A DNA stretch of 64,000 bases, taken from NCBI GenBank assembly GCA_965217115.1, contig OZ244239.1, forward strand, positions 1,568,001-1,632,000. Reading direction: 5' to 3'. The first letter of the stretch is position 1, and the number at the start of each line of letters is the position of its first letter. The translations under genes were made by a program, and so were the position numbers. This DNA is from Bdellovibrionales bacterium. GTDB lineage: Bacteria; Bdellovibrionota; Bdellovibrionia; Bdellovibrionales; CAYMLA01. Positions 27,885-37,476 of the stretch are shown here, piece by piece. Below the pieces are notes generated by a model, which ran no database searches, was not told where the DNA came from, and saw nothing but the letters and a program-made list of their open reading frames with translations.

Positions 27885-27960
27885 CCTTCTCCCTAGGAGT
27901 GCAGAAATTGACTATAATCGCCCAAGAATTTAGAACAGAGAACGAGAAACAGGCCATTGC
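27885..27960 (+). repeat. Repeat family A, diverged 3' module at the edge of the variable region
   Basis: gaaattgactataatcgcccaagaatttagaac...ggccatt versus gaaatcgcctataatcgctcaggaattcaaaac...aaccatt. Confidence 0.55.
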
Positions 27961-28060
27961 TTAAAGGAATAGGAAGGTTATTATGAAAAAAGCTATATTG
28001 AGGGGTTATGTTAGAAATTAACTTTCTTAAAATCGTTGAATTAATAAAAAAGAATTAATA

Positions 28061-28633
28061 ATGAGAGTGATCGGCGGTCGTTATCGAGGGCATCAATTAG
28101 TTAATTTTAAGGCTGAGCATATTCGCCCAACAACAGATCGGGTTAAAGAGACGATATTTAATATGTTAATGAATGAGATTGAGGAATCTGTTGTTCTTGA
28201 TCTTTTTGCTGGTACAGGAAATTTGGGAATTGAAGCTCTTTCAAGGGGGGCAAAGGAAGTGACCTTTGTTGAGAATAATAGTAAGTCATTAAATATTATA
28301 CAGAAAAATTTGGATAAATTAAAAATTGATCGTGGTTATCACACTGTTTCTCAAGAGGTTCAGCGGTTTCTGCAGAGATCAGATAAGTCTTTTGATATCA
28401 TTTTTGCAGATCCTCCTTTCACGAAGAAAATGGCCCATGGGGTTATGGAGAGGGTGTCTAAGAGTCGGGTTTGGAATAATAAAACTGTCGTTGTCATTGA
28501 ATCGGCATCCTCTGAGAGGATAGAAGATTCTTATGGTTCACTCTTTCGTTTTAAAAACAAGGATTTTGGTGATAAAGTACTTTCAATGTTTCGTTCTTCT
28601 AAAACTTATGATGGGAGTTTAGAATGTCTGTAG
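28061..28633 (+). CDS. rsmD: 16S rRNA (guanine966-N2)-methyltransferase
   Basis: MRVIGG, RPTTDRVKE, LDLFAGTG, EALSRGA, DPPF. Confidence 0.95.
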   Translation: MRVIGGRYRGHQLVNFKAEHIRPTTDRVKETIFNMLMNEIEESVVLDLFAGTGNLGIEALSRGAKEVTFVENNSKSLNIIQKNLDKLKIDRGYHTVSQEVQRFLQRSDKSFDIIFADPPFTKKMAHGVMERVSKSRVWNNKTVVVIESASSERIEDSYGSLFRFKNKDFGDKVLSMFRSSKTYDGSLECL

Positions 28634-29103
28634 TTGTCTATCCAGGGAGTTTTGATCCAATAACGATGGGACACATTGATATTATTCAAAGAATTTCCCA
28701 ACAATTCTCTGAAGTGATTGTATTGGTAGCCCATTCGGCGGAAAAAAAATATTTATTTTCATCTGATGAAAGAGTGTCTTTGGCAGAGGAATGCCTCTCT
28801 CATTTGACTAATGTAAAAATTGATATCCACGAAGGGTTGACGATAGATTATATGCAAAAGAGAGGAGCAAAGACCATTGTGCGTGGTTTGCGTGCGGTCG
28901 TTGATTTTGAATATGAATTGGCAATGGCAAATTTAAATAAAAAATTAGCCAACAACATAGAGACGTTGTTGGTTTTTGCAAGTCCAGAGTATTACTATGT
29001 TTCGTCTAAGGGTGTAAAGGAAGTCGCGACATTTGATGGAGATTTAAAAGGGTTGGTTCCCAATCATGTTATTGGCCCCTTAAAAGAGAAGTTACAAAAA
29101 TAA
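28624..29103 (+). CDS. coaD: Pantetheine-phosphate adenylyltransferase
   Basis: YPGSFDPITMGH, VRGLR..DFEYE, VSS. Confidence 0.97.
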   Translation: MSVVVYPGSFDPITMGHIDIIQRISQQFSEVIVLVAHSAEKKYLFSSDERVSLAEECLSHLTNVKIDIHEGLTIDYMQKRGAKTIVRGLRAVVDFEYELAMANLNKKLANNIETLLVFASPEYYYVSSKGVKEVATFDGDLKGLVPNHVIGPLKEKLQK

Positions 29104-29119
29104 AAGGCGGGATACAGAT

Positions 29120-30316
29120 ATGTTATCTAAACGAGGAAAATCACTAAAACCTTCTCCGACATTGGTTTTGGCAGCAAGAGCTAAAGAACTTAAAGCAGAG
29201 GGAAAGGATGTCATCTCTCTTTCTGTGGGTGAGCCAGATTGGGATACCCCTGAAAATATAAAGAACAAGGGTGTAGATGCGATATCCATGGGTGAAACGA
29301 AGTACACTCCTGCGGCGGGAACAGTTTCTTTGAGGAGAGCGATTGCTCAGGTATTGCATAAAAATCATGGTTTACAATACTCTGCGAAGGATGAAGTGAC
29401 TGTGGCGACAGGGGCAAAGTATGTTATTTTTTCTGCCTTGCAGACGATTTTAGATGCAGGAGATGAGGTGATTATTCCTGCCCCCTACTGGGTGAGTTAC
29501 CCAGACATGGTTGAAATATCGGGTGGGAAGCCTGTTGTTGTTACCTGTGATAAGAGTTCTCGTTTTAAACTAACCATAGAAAATTTAGAGAAAAACATTA
29601 ATAGTAAAACAAAGTTGTTGATGCTGAATTCACCAAGTAATCCTACGGGCGAAGTTTATAGCGCTGAGGAATTAAATAAAATAGCTGAGGTGTTACGTCA
29701 AAAACCCCATGTTTATGTGTTGAGTGATGATATTTATGGTCGCTTGGTTTTTGGGCAAACGATAGCAGATCATCTTTTAGTGGTGGCACCAGACCTGAAA
29801 GATCGAGTTTTATTGGTCAATGGAGCTTCAAAAGCCTATTCGATGACGGGTTGGAGGATCGGTTGGGCAGCGGGCCCTAAACAGTGGATAAAGGCTATGT
29901 CGAGTTTTCAGAGTCAATCAACGGGGTGCCCTTGTTCAATATCGCAAATGGCGGCTGAGGAGGCTTTGCTTAATGGGGATGCTCATATTGAAAAAGCGGT
30001 GGAGTTGTTACGAGACCGTCGAGACTTTGCTATTGAGAGATTAAATAAGATACCAGGTTTATCGGCACAGAAACCTCAAGGTGCATTTTACATATGGCTA
30101 GAGATAAGTGATCTGTTAGGCCGTTCCTATAAAGGGAAAACCGTTAAATCTTCCCGTGATTTTTGTCAGTTGTTACTGGATGAAAAAATGGTGGTGGTGG
30201 TTCCTGGAGTGGACTTTGGACTAGAGGGGTATTTGCGTATGAGTTACGCTTTGGCTAAAGAGAGAATGGGAGAGGCTTTTGAACGTGTTGAAAATTTCGT
30301 GAATGAATTGATGTAG
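29120..30316 (+). CDS. PLP-dependent aminotransferase class I/II (aspartate aminotransferase-like)
   Basis: GEPD, NSPSNPTG, DDIY, SKAYSMTGWRIG. Confidence 0.92.
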   Translation: MLSKRGKSLKPSPTLVLAARAKELKAEGKDVISLSVGEPDWDTPENIKNKGVDAISMGETKYTPAAGTVSLRRAIAQVLHKNHGLQYSAKDEVTVATGAKYVIFSALQTILDAGDEVIIPAPYWVSYPDMVEISGGKPVVVTCDKSSRFKLTIENLEKNINSKTKLLMLNSPSNPTGEVYSAEELNKIAEVLRQKPHVYVLSDDIYGRLVFGQTIADHLLVVAPDLKDRVLLVNGASKAYSMTGWRIGWAAGPKQWIKAMSSFQSQSTGCPCSISQMAAEEALLNGDAHIEKAVELLRDRRDFAIERLNKIPGLSAQKPQGAFYIWLEISDLLGRSYKGKTVKSSRDFCQLLLDEKMVVVVPGVDFGLEGYLRMSYALAKERMGEAFERVENFVNELM

Positions 30317-30431
30317 CTTCACGTTGGTCTGTATTTTTAGGAAAAACTATTTTTTTAGAGGCTAAGGAATTAAAATTAGATGAGAGGAGAGTTTTTTGTT
30401 AACGTCATTTAATGAATTCTAGGAGAAAAGA

Positions 30432-31280
30432 TTGAGTGTTTGGTCTGTTATTCAGGTTTGTATTGAGCTTATTCTTTTAGTTTCTGTTTTTATTTTGTGG
30501 GTAAGAGCATTACGTTCACCCAAAGAGGACCCCCGTTTGAGTCGTGGTTTGCAGCTTTTACAGAGTAAGATCGCTGTTTTGGAGGACTTATCAGATCGAA
30601 CGGACCAGCAGTCTGAGCAATTGATAGCATTGATTGAAAAAAAATGTATTGAGATTCAAAAGAAGATCGAGCTTGCAGAGTCTCAGGTAGAGTCTGTAAA
30701 TCTCTCTATAGAAAAAAGTCGTGAAGTGGCAAATATTTTTCAGGATAAGATTCCCCACGAAGAAATTATTAAAAGACAGAAGACAATTGAAATGGTTAAA
30801 GCAGCTCGTTTGTCTAATCAAGGTGTGAGTTTTGATGAAATATCTCAACAGGTGGATTTGCCTCAAGGGGAATTGGAATTTGTTGTGAAGGTTAATCGAG
30901 ATCAATTGATTTTTAATGAAGACCTTCTTCCCTCTTGGGCCTATGAGAAAGAATCATCTTCTTCTGATGACAAAACTCCATCTCTTGACTTCAGTCATGT
31001 TTTTGATGTGCCAGAGGGAGACAAGAATTCTCTTAAGGTGTTGGGAGATAAATTTCGTCAAGCCTGCCGTGATCAAGAGAAAGAGGATAGATTCAATGAA
31101 GAACCTGTGACTAAGAAGGTGGGAATAAAGGCTAAGGAAGCTGTCAATCAAGTGGGTCAAAAGATTGAAGAAATTGCCGATTCAATACTAAACGCTGATT
31201 TTAAGAATGAGCCCCAAGAAGAGGATGATGAAGTGTTGAAATCCACAGGAAATGATAGCAACCGCGGCTTTGGTATATAA
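30432..31280 (+). CDS. Membrane-anchored coiled-coil protein (DUF2802-like)
   Basis: N-terminal TM, coiled coil, GVSFDEISQQVDLPQGELE. Confidence 0.65.
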   Translation: MSVWSVIQVCIELILLVSVFILWVRALRSPKEDPRLSRGLQLLQSKIAVLEDLSDRTDQQSEQLIALIEKKCIEIQKKIELAESQVESVNLSIEKSREVANIFQDKIPHEEIIKRQKTIEMVKAARLSNQGVSFDEISQQVDLPQGELEFVVKVNRDQLIFNEDLLPSWAYEKESSSSDDKTPSLDFSHVFDVPEGDKNSLKVLGDKFRQACRDQEKEDRFNEEPVTKKVGIKAKEAVNQVGQKIEEIADSILNADFKNEPQEEDDEVLKSTGNDSNRGFGI

Positions 31281-31357
31281 TCTATTTTTTTTAGTGAAAG
31301 CAGGGGCTATTAACCGTTTAGGCGATTCGCACGTCAGTAAAGTATTTTAGATTTAAT

Positions 31358-31858
31358 TCAGCGGACACTTTTTGTCAGAAAATTTGTTATATAGTGGTGG
31401 ACGAGTTTTTCAATCTTAACTTCTAGGCCTTTGTAGTTCCATGTAATAGCGTTAAAGGCCCCCCAGGATGCTTCAAAAATATTCTCAGAGGCTTCCTTAT
31501 TCTCTTGTTTTTCTGAGTTGTTAGCTAGAGGAACCGATTTGTTATCGGTGAATTGGAATTTTACGGCAATTTTACCAGGCTCTCTAAGACTAAAGATTAA
31601 TCTATAGCCATTGCGAAAAATCATGAAATCACATTCAGTGCCAGAGATATCGTAAATTTTTAGTTGTCCTACCGAAGAGTTCTTAAGTTCGTTAAATGCT
31701 GTGAGAACGTCGATAATTTCCATTTTTATTTCAGTGAGAAAATTAACTGACTCTTCCCGGAGAATTTGTTCTCTATCGATGCTTGTACTGATGAGCCCCG
31801 ATTCTTCTAAAAGAGCTTCATCATCCACTAATCCTTGAATCCAAGAGAATTTTTCCAT
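31358..31858 (-). CDS. Conserved hypothetical protein
   Basis: AGGAGGG RBS; 166-aa ORF. Confidence 0.75.
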   Translation of the reverse strand: MEKFSWIQGLVDDEALLEESGLISTSIDREQILREESVNFLTEIKMEIIDVLTAFNELKNSSVGQLKIYDISGTECDFMIFRNGYRLIFSLREPGKIAVKFQFTDNKSVPLANNSEKQENKEASENIFEASWGAFNAITWNYKGLEVKIEKLVHHYITNFLTKSVR

Positions 31859-31940
31859 AAAACACCCCTCCTTTAGTCTTGAATTCTAATCATTAAGTCT
31901 ATGATACGATAAGTCAAGTATCTGTTATCGAAGTGGTTGA

Positions 31941-34823
31941 TTAGAGTTTAAAGCCGAGGAAGGTTTTAAACCCTCCATGGGCTTTATCAGTGAGGCCGTA
32001 ATAAAGCCCCAAGAAAACAGTGAAGGGGAGGTGATACCCGATCGTGGTGTCCACATTGATTTCAACTCCGGAGCCGTGGAACCATTGAGATTTGGAGGCG
32101 GTGAGGTACCTACCTTGATTTTTGGAATAAAATAATCCGTCCATGATTAAAGAATCCATGAAAACATTGGCGTATGTTCGCTTAAAGAACAAAGGAAAGG
32201 TGCCTCCAAAACCTTTGTAGATATTTTGGAGAGGGAGAGAGTACTCTAAAGTGAGGTTGATTCCTGAACGAAATATAAATTCATTAGAAGGATAACCTCG
32301 CATAAGAAAATTTTTATTGAGAAGAGAGATTTGGTAGGGAGAATTGGCTGTTGTAGCTCCGTAAATAGGGCTCACTGAATCTGACAAATGAAGGCCTCTG
32401 AAGTTAAAAGAAACGTTTTGAAAATACTGATTAGCGGAAAAAAGATATCGCTTGTAATTAATATCGCTGTATTCGGAGAGGTAGTCTATGTATGAGATTC
32501 CAATGGTTTGACCAGATATAGGAGTAGAGCGTTCTAAACTGAAGGATGAATTATTATAAAAGTAGGAAAGAGATGGGCCTGATCTTTTCTTGGAAAAGAG
32601 AGAGTCAATACGGTTGTGAAAAGCCCAGCCCCAGGAGATTTGATGTTTTTTTCTGAACAGAGGTTGTTGTACGAGCAAGCTTCCGGTTTGTGATTGGTAG
32701 GTTTCCTGTGAGCCAATAAGGCGATCGAAGCTCTGTCTGTAATTTAATTGAAAAGAAGGATGGTAGAAGTTATTGGTGTACCCAAAGTCAAGATTGGTTT
32801 TATTGAGATAGGAGTTCCAGCCCCCTTGCAAGGAGTAGGAGTGCTTATTTAAAGGGTCTTTAGAGCCGGTGATTGCTTGAACGAGAACTCCTTGCTCGGA
32901 GGGGTAAATAGAAGGGAGCCAGTAACGGGGAAAAAGATAGCCCCAAGGAGAGTAGTCTTCTTGAGAGAGAACGACTGTTGGAGAATCAGAGTGGAGGCGG
33001 GTATTTTTTACTTTAAGTTCAGGTATTAATGACTCTGTGAATGGGAGTCTTGAGGGGGTCAATTTTTGTTGAGCTTTGTTTTTTCTATATAAATGGATTC
33101 CTTTTCCTGTAAAACGGGAAAAGTACAGTGTGCCAGATAAAGGGTCAATAGCTCCGTTGAGCGCTCCTGTGGATTCGTTTGTCAGAGGGTAAACTTTTTT
33201 TAAATTTGGAGAAACGTGGTAGAGGTTGAGGAGACCAGATTGAGAAGAACAGGCGATAAAGCCTTGGGCTGTTTTTTCGAAGCTATGTATTTTGGTTAAG
33301 TTTATAAAAGGAGAAATTAGATATTTGATTTTTAAAGAATTGTCATTTTTTTCGGTGAAAGTTATTTTCTTCAACTGCGTCCCCTTACCAGAGGATTTTT
33401 CTAGAATTAAGAGATCGTTGTTGTTGATAAATAAAGGAGATGACAAAAGTATGCCTGTGGCTGGCATGAGAAGAGGGGCAGATTTTTGAGTGTTGATTTT
33501 CATAAGATTAAGGAGGGTTTTGTTGGCGTTATTTCCTGTGTAGGCGATGGAGAGTCCGTCGGGAGAGATAGCAAATTCACGCACTCTTTTACCGTGTGTT
33601 ATCCGTGTTGTTTTTTTAGTAAGAATATCTATTTTGTAAATATCTGAGAATAGGTTGTAATTTTTTTGCTTTGTGGCTTGGTTGAAGAAAATATTTTGAG
33701 AATCTGTGTGCCACACTAATTGGGAGACCTCTGTTCCAGTGAACAGAGTCTTGAGGCTTTTGCTCGTAAAAGGAGTTTCTGTGTCAGCTCTTTGAGTGGC
33801 TTGTATACGGGAGTTTCCTAAAAAATCTTTTGCAATGAAAATCATCTTTAAGCCGTCAGGACTAATAGTTATTTGATCGTATTCATTTTGTTTTCTGAGA
33901 AAAGGTGTATTCCTATTGGGAAAAACTATGTTTTTTTGTTGAGATTGTTTTTTTTCTATGGATTCGTAGACATCGTTTAAGAGTGTCACATAGTCGGTCC
34001 CAAGAGAGTTTAGAGCTGGGGAATTGATAAAGTAGTAGGGGATTTGTGCCGAGTGTTTCTGCGTGAGAGTATTGAGTGAATAGTGTGCGGGTTCTTCGAT
34101 TGACCGACTCTTATTGGCAATAGAGTTCATAAGAAGGCCACCTAAGAGGTAGGATCGTTGCCCGCCTGGCCATGTGGACGTAAATCTTTCGTTAATGATA
34201 TCCAGGGTGTTTTCTTTTAAAAGTTGATCTTCAATCAGGGCTCTTAATGTGGCTTGGGTGTAGGGGGAGCGGATTCGGCCAGCTTGACTTAATTGGGATT
34301 CGGTAGAGACGGCAATGCCTTCTATCCACCAACTGGGTAAAAGAATATTAGGGGTCACGATGGAGCCAAGAGCCCATCGCGCTGGCTTCATAATACCGTG
34401 GGCAGGCTCAAATGTCGCTAGATGGGTAAATTCATGGATGAGAAGCTCTAGGGTCCATTGGGAATAAAAACCTATGGAGCTAAGTGGTTTTGGAAGAACG
34501 GGAAAAATGTGGATAAGGGGATAGGGGGTGGACCTGGCAAAGCCGTTGGTGATATCGGAGGAGTCGTCGAGAACAAGAACTGTTTTTTTGGGAAGCTCTG
34601 AGAAAAGGGATGAAACTCTCGTGTAAGCTTGTTCAGTTTTTTGGGCGTAGTGTAGGCCTGTTTCAATCATGTGTTTTGGGGTGATAACATGAAAATGCCT
34701 TGTTTTTAGAGTGATCCATTGAAAATCAGGGTTTATTTTACCAAGAGCAACAGAGGTTTGTAGCAAGGCTAAAGTCAGGATAAGGAGGGAATTTGTTAAA
34801 ATAAAGGCCAATAGCTTTTGCAT
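31941..34823 (-). CDS. Outer-membrane protein: gluzincin-like domain, TolB/PD40 propeller and Omp85-like barrel
   Basis: IHEFTH...WWIEGIA; ISPDG repeats; MRGYPS loop; aromatic-rich C-terminal strand. Confidence 0.7.
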   Translation of the reverse strand: MQKLLAFILTNSLLILTLALLQTSVALGKINPDFQWITLKTRHFHVITPKHMIETGLHYAQKTEQAYTRVSSLFSELPKKTVLVLDDSSDITNGFARSTPYPLIHIFPVLPKPLSSIGFYSQWTLELLIHEFTHLATFEPAHGIMKPARWALGSIVTPNILLPSWWIEGIAVSTESQLSQAGRIRSPYTQATLRALIEDQLLKENTLDIINERFTSTWPGGQRSYLLGGLLMNSIANKSRSIEEPAHYSLNTLTQKHSAQIPYYFINSPALNSLGTDYVTLLNDVYESIEKKQSQQKNIVFPNRNTPFLRKQNEYDQITISPDGLKMIFIAKDFLGNSRIQATQRADTETPFTSKSLKTLFTGTEVSQLVWHTDSQNIFFNQATKQKNYNLFSDIYKIDILTKKTTRITHGKRVREFAISPDGLSIAYTGNNANKTLLNLMKINTQKSAPLLMPATGILLSSPLFINNNDLLILEKSSGKGTQLKKITFTEKNDNSLKIKYLISPFINLTKIHSFEKTAQGFIACSSQSGLLNLYHVSPNLKKVYPLTNESTGALNGAIDPLSGTLYFSRFTGKGIHLYRKNKAQQKLTPSRLPFTESLIPELKVKNTRLHSDSPTVVLSQEDYSPWGYLFPRYWLPSIYPSEQGVLVQAITGSKDPLNKHSYSLQGGWNSYLNKTNLDFGYTNNFYHPSFQLNYRQSFDRLIGSQETYQSQTGSLLVQQPLFRKKHQISWGWAFHNRIDSLFSKKRSGPSLSYFYNNSSFSLERSTPISGQTIGISYIDYLSEYSDINYKRYLFSANQYFQNVSFNFRGLHLSDSVSPIYGATTANSPYQISLLNKNFLMRGYPSNEFIFRSGINLTLEYSLPLQNIYKGFGGTFPLFFKRTYANVFMDSLIMDGLFYSKNQGRYLTASKSQWFHGSGVEINVDTTIGYHLPFTVFLGLYYGLTDKAHGGFKTFLGFKL

Positions 34824-34933
34824 AAGGGGGATATTTGAGCATGTCTATTGATCTGGACGCAATCATAAAGTTTGACATTAAATATATAGGTTTTAGAATG
34901 GGGTGACTTTATAATGAAAGAAGGAGCGCAATC

Positions 34934-35425
34934 ATGATTCATAAAATATTATTAGGTATCACATTATCAGCATTGTTTGTTGGCTGTGGAGGAAACAAAA
35001 AACAGGAACAAGGTAATCTTTTTGGTGGTGACGGTATTGAGTCTAGTTCGTTGAACTTTGGTGTAAGTGGAAGCGATACTGGGAAAATCCCTGGATTAAG
35101 CTCTGTGAGTTTTGAAACAGATCAGGCTCGCTTGTCATCAGTCACTCGTCAGGCTTTAGCTAAAAATGCAGAATGGTTGAAATCCAATTCGTCGAGAAAT
35201 CTACAAATTGAAGGTCACTGCGATGAAAGAGGGTCGATTGAATATAATTTAGCTTTAGGTGAGAGAAGAGCTAAGGCAGTGAAGGATTATCTTATTAATT
35301 TAGGTATTAGTTCAAAGCGAATGAGTATAATTAGTTATGGCAAAGAAAAGCCCCTTTCTTTGGGTAGTTCGAGAGGTGAGTTAGCAAAAAACCGTCGAGC
35401 TAATTTTATTCCACTTAAGAGGTAG
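34934..35425 (+). CDS. pal: Peptidoglycan-associated lipoprotein
   Basis: Lipobox FVGC; EGHCDERGSIEYNLALGERRA; SYGKEKP; KNRRA. Confidence 0.92.
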   Translation: MIHKILLGITLSALFVGCGGNKKQEQGNLFGGDGIESSSLNFGVSGSDTGKIPGLSSVSFETDQARLSSVTRQALAKNAEWLKSNSSRNLQIEGHCDERGSIEYNLALGERRAKAVKDYLINLGISSKRMSIISYGKEKPLSLGSSRGELAKNRRANFIPLKR

Positions 35426-35446
35426 TTTATAAAAGCGCATTTGGAG

Positions 35447-35758
35447 ATGGGTATCCTACGGTTTCTTTTGTTCTCCTTGGGCCTTTATTTAGGGGGATGT
35501 GCTGTTATTGTGACAGTACCTGTGGATGATTTTATCTTGGCTGATACAGCAATTAAATTTGCTAAATTAGCCAAAGCTCCTCGCTATGCACCTGGTCAGT
35601 GGCATCGTGCAGAGGATGCTTATCGTCTTGGAAAGCGTTATTACAAAAAGGGAAATTATGAAAAGGCTCGGGAGTTTTTTCTCAAGGCACGTGTTTATGG
35701 GGAAAAGTCAGAAAATGCAGCTCGTTTGCTTCGTTATAAAAATGGAGAAAATTTCTAG
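35447..35758 (+). CDS. Lipoprotein (DUF4398-like)
   Basis: Lipobox LGGC; helical AKAPRYAP..AE motif. Confidence 0.65.
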   Translation: MGILRFLLFSLGLYLGGCAVIVTVPVDDFILADTAIKFAKLAKAPRYAPGQWHRAEDAYRLGKRYYKKGNYEKAREFFLKARVYGEKSENAARLLRYKNGENF

Positions 35759-35773
35759 TATTGTGAGGTAAGG

Positions 35774-36412
35774 ATGAGTTTTTTGATGAGGAATATTTTT
35801 TTATTACTGTGCTGTCTGTTTTTGAGTTCATGTTTTCTTAAAACTCGACAACAGGTGAAAAATGAAAAAACCCAACAAGAGATGTCCTCCCATGTTGTGA
35901 AATTACAGAGAAACAATGCCGACTATGTTGTAAAAATACAAGCCATTGAAGACGGCATACAAGCCTTAGGGGGGCGAACTGAGGTTCTAGAGAAAAAAAT
36001 TACAGAGAGAGAACAGGCGGGTGGAGAAGAGCAAAAAAAGCTTCATGAAAAAGTGAATAGCCTTTCTCAGCAGATGGTTTTAATGAGACAAGCTCTATCA
36101 AAAATGGAGAGAAGTCTCTCTTCGGTGACCAAAAGGAAAATAGCTCAAAAAAAGAAACAGGGAAATTTTTCTGGAGCCGAGGCTGCATTTGCAAAAAAGC
36201 AATGGAAGGCGGCCATTCTTGGTTATCAAAAATACATAGATCTTAACCCAAAGGGAAAGTATAAGAGTCGCGCACTTTATCACACGGGGGTTTGTTTTCA
36301 AAAGCTAGGAAACAAAGAGGTGGCAGAGACTTTTTTTCGAGATGTTATTGGTTTGAATCCAAAGTCATCTTACAGCAAGAAGGCACGATCTTATTTAAAA
36401 CAGGCTAAATGA
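35774..36412 (+). CDS. cpoB: Tol-Pal associated coiled-coil/TPR protein (CpoB/YbgF-like)
   Basis: Lipobox LSSC, coiled coil, TPR; downstream of pal. Confidence 0.75.
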   Translation: MSFLMRNIFLLLCCLFLSSCFLKTRQQVKNEKTQQEMSSHVVKLQRNNADYVVKIQAIEDGIQALGGRTEVLEKKITEREQAGGEEQKKLHEKVNSLSQQMVLMRQALSKMERSLSSVTKRKIAQKKKQGNFSGAEAAFAKKQWKAAILGYQKYIDLNPKGKYKSRALYHTGVCFQKLGNKEVAETFFRDVIGLNPKSSYSKKARSYLKQAK

Positions 36413-37470
36413 TGTTGCTACGGCAAGTTTTGGCCATAGAAACGAGTTGTGATGACACGTCTGTGGCGATTGTTGATCACACGGGCTTGGTTAAAGGGAT
36501 GAAGACAGCAAGTCAGGATGATACTCACTTTCCTTTTGGTGGAGTGGTGCCTGAGATGGCTGGACGGAGTCATACTTTAAGTCTTTTGCCCACGATTGAT
36601 CGTCTGTTAAATGAAACAGGTATTTCTTTGCAGGATGTGAATGGCATTGCTGTGACCAATAGGCCTGGATTGGTGGGGTCTTTATTGGTGGGATTAATGA
36701 CGGCGAAGAGCTTGTCGATGTCTTTAAAAATTCCTTTTATTGGAGTGAATCATTTAGAGGGACATTTAGTGGCTCCTTTTTTACGTGATGAGAGTTATCG
36801 ACCTCCAGAGGATTTTACATATCCTTATTTGGGACTCGCTATTAGTGGTGGTCATACTAGTTTGTATAAAATATTAGGTTTTTCTGATTATCATTTGTTA
36901 GGCTCAACGATTGACGATGCGGCAGGGGAGGCTTTTGATAAGTTTGCTAAGCTATTGCGTTTGGGTTTTCCAGGCGGTGTGCATGTAGATCGCTTGGCAC
37001 AAAAAGGAGAGGTGAATGCTTTTAAATTCCCTCGTCCCTTGATTCGTGAAAATAATTATCACTTTAGTTTCTCAGGTTTAAAAACGGCTGGTTTGAGATT
37101 GGTTGAAAGTCTTTCAGAGGAAGAGATTGATAAGAATTTATCTAATTTATGTGCGAGTTTTCAGGAATCGATTGTGGATGTGTTATTACATAAATTGACT
37201 CGACTTGTAGAGGACTCAAATTATGAAAGGGTCATTATTACGGGGGGGGTGAGTGCGAATTCCCGTTTGCGTGAGAGGGCTGAACAGTGGGCAGAGAGTA
37301 AGGGGGTGCTTTTGGTTATTCCTCCCATTCGTTACTGCACTGATAATGCAGCGATGATTGGTTGGGCTGGTATTCAGCGCCTAAATAGAGGGGAGGCTTC
37401 GGGGATGAACTTAGCTCCATGCCCTCGACCTTATCCTAACGATTTTAAATCCATTGAAAAAAGGCGATAG
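36409..37470 (+). CDS. tsaD: tRNA threonylcarbamoyltransferase
   Basis: LAIETSCDDT, GGVVPE, HLEGH, SGGHT, DDAAGEAFDK, TDNAAMI. Confidence 0.97.
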   Translation: MMLLRQVLAIETSCDDTSVAIVDHTGLVKGMKTASQDDTHFPFGGVVPEMAGRSHTLSLLPTIDRLLNETGISLQDVNGIAVTNRPGLVGSLLVGLMTAKSLSMSLKIPFIGVNHLEGHLVAPFLRDESYRPPEDFTYPYLGLAISGGHTSLYKILGFSDYHLLGSTIDDAAGEAFDKFAKLLRLGFPGGVHVDRLAQKGEVNAFKFPRPLIRENNYHFSFSGLKTAGLRLVESLSEEEIDKNLSNLCASFQESIVDVLLHKLTRLVEDSNYERVIITGGVSANSRLRERAEQWAESKGVLLVIPPIRYCTDNAAMIGWAGIQRLNRGEASGMNLAPCPRPYPNDFKSIEKRR

Positions 37471-37476
37471 TAAAAA

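Noticed and set aside
2285..27960. Integron cassette array
   Set aside because: No integrase in the window, no RYYYAAC/GTTRRRY attC cores recognised, and genes and repeats occur in both orientations
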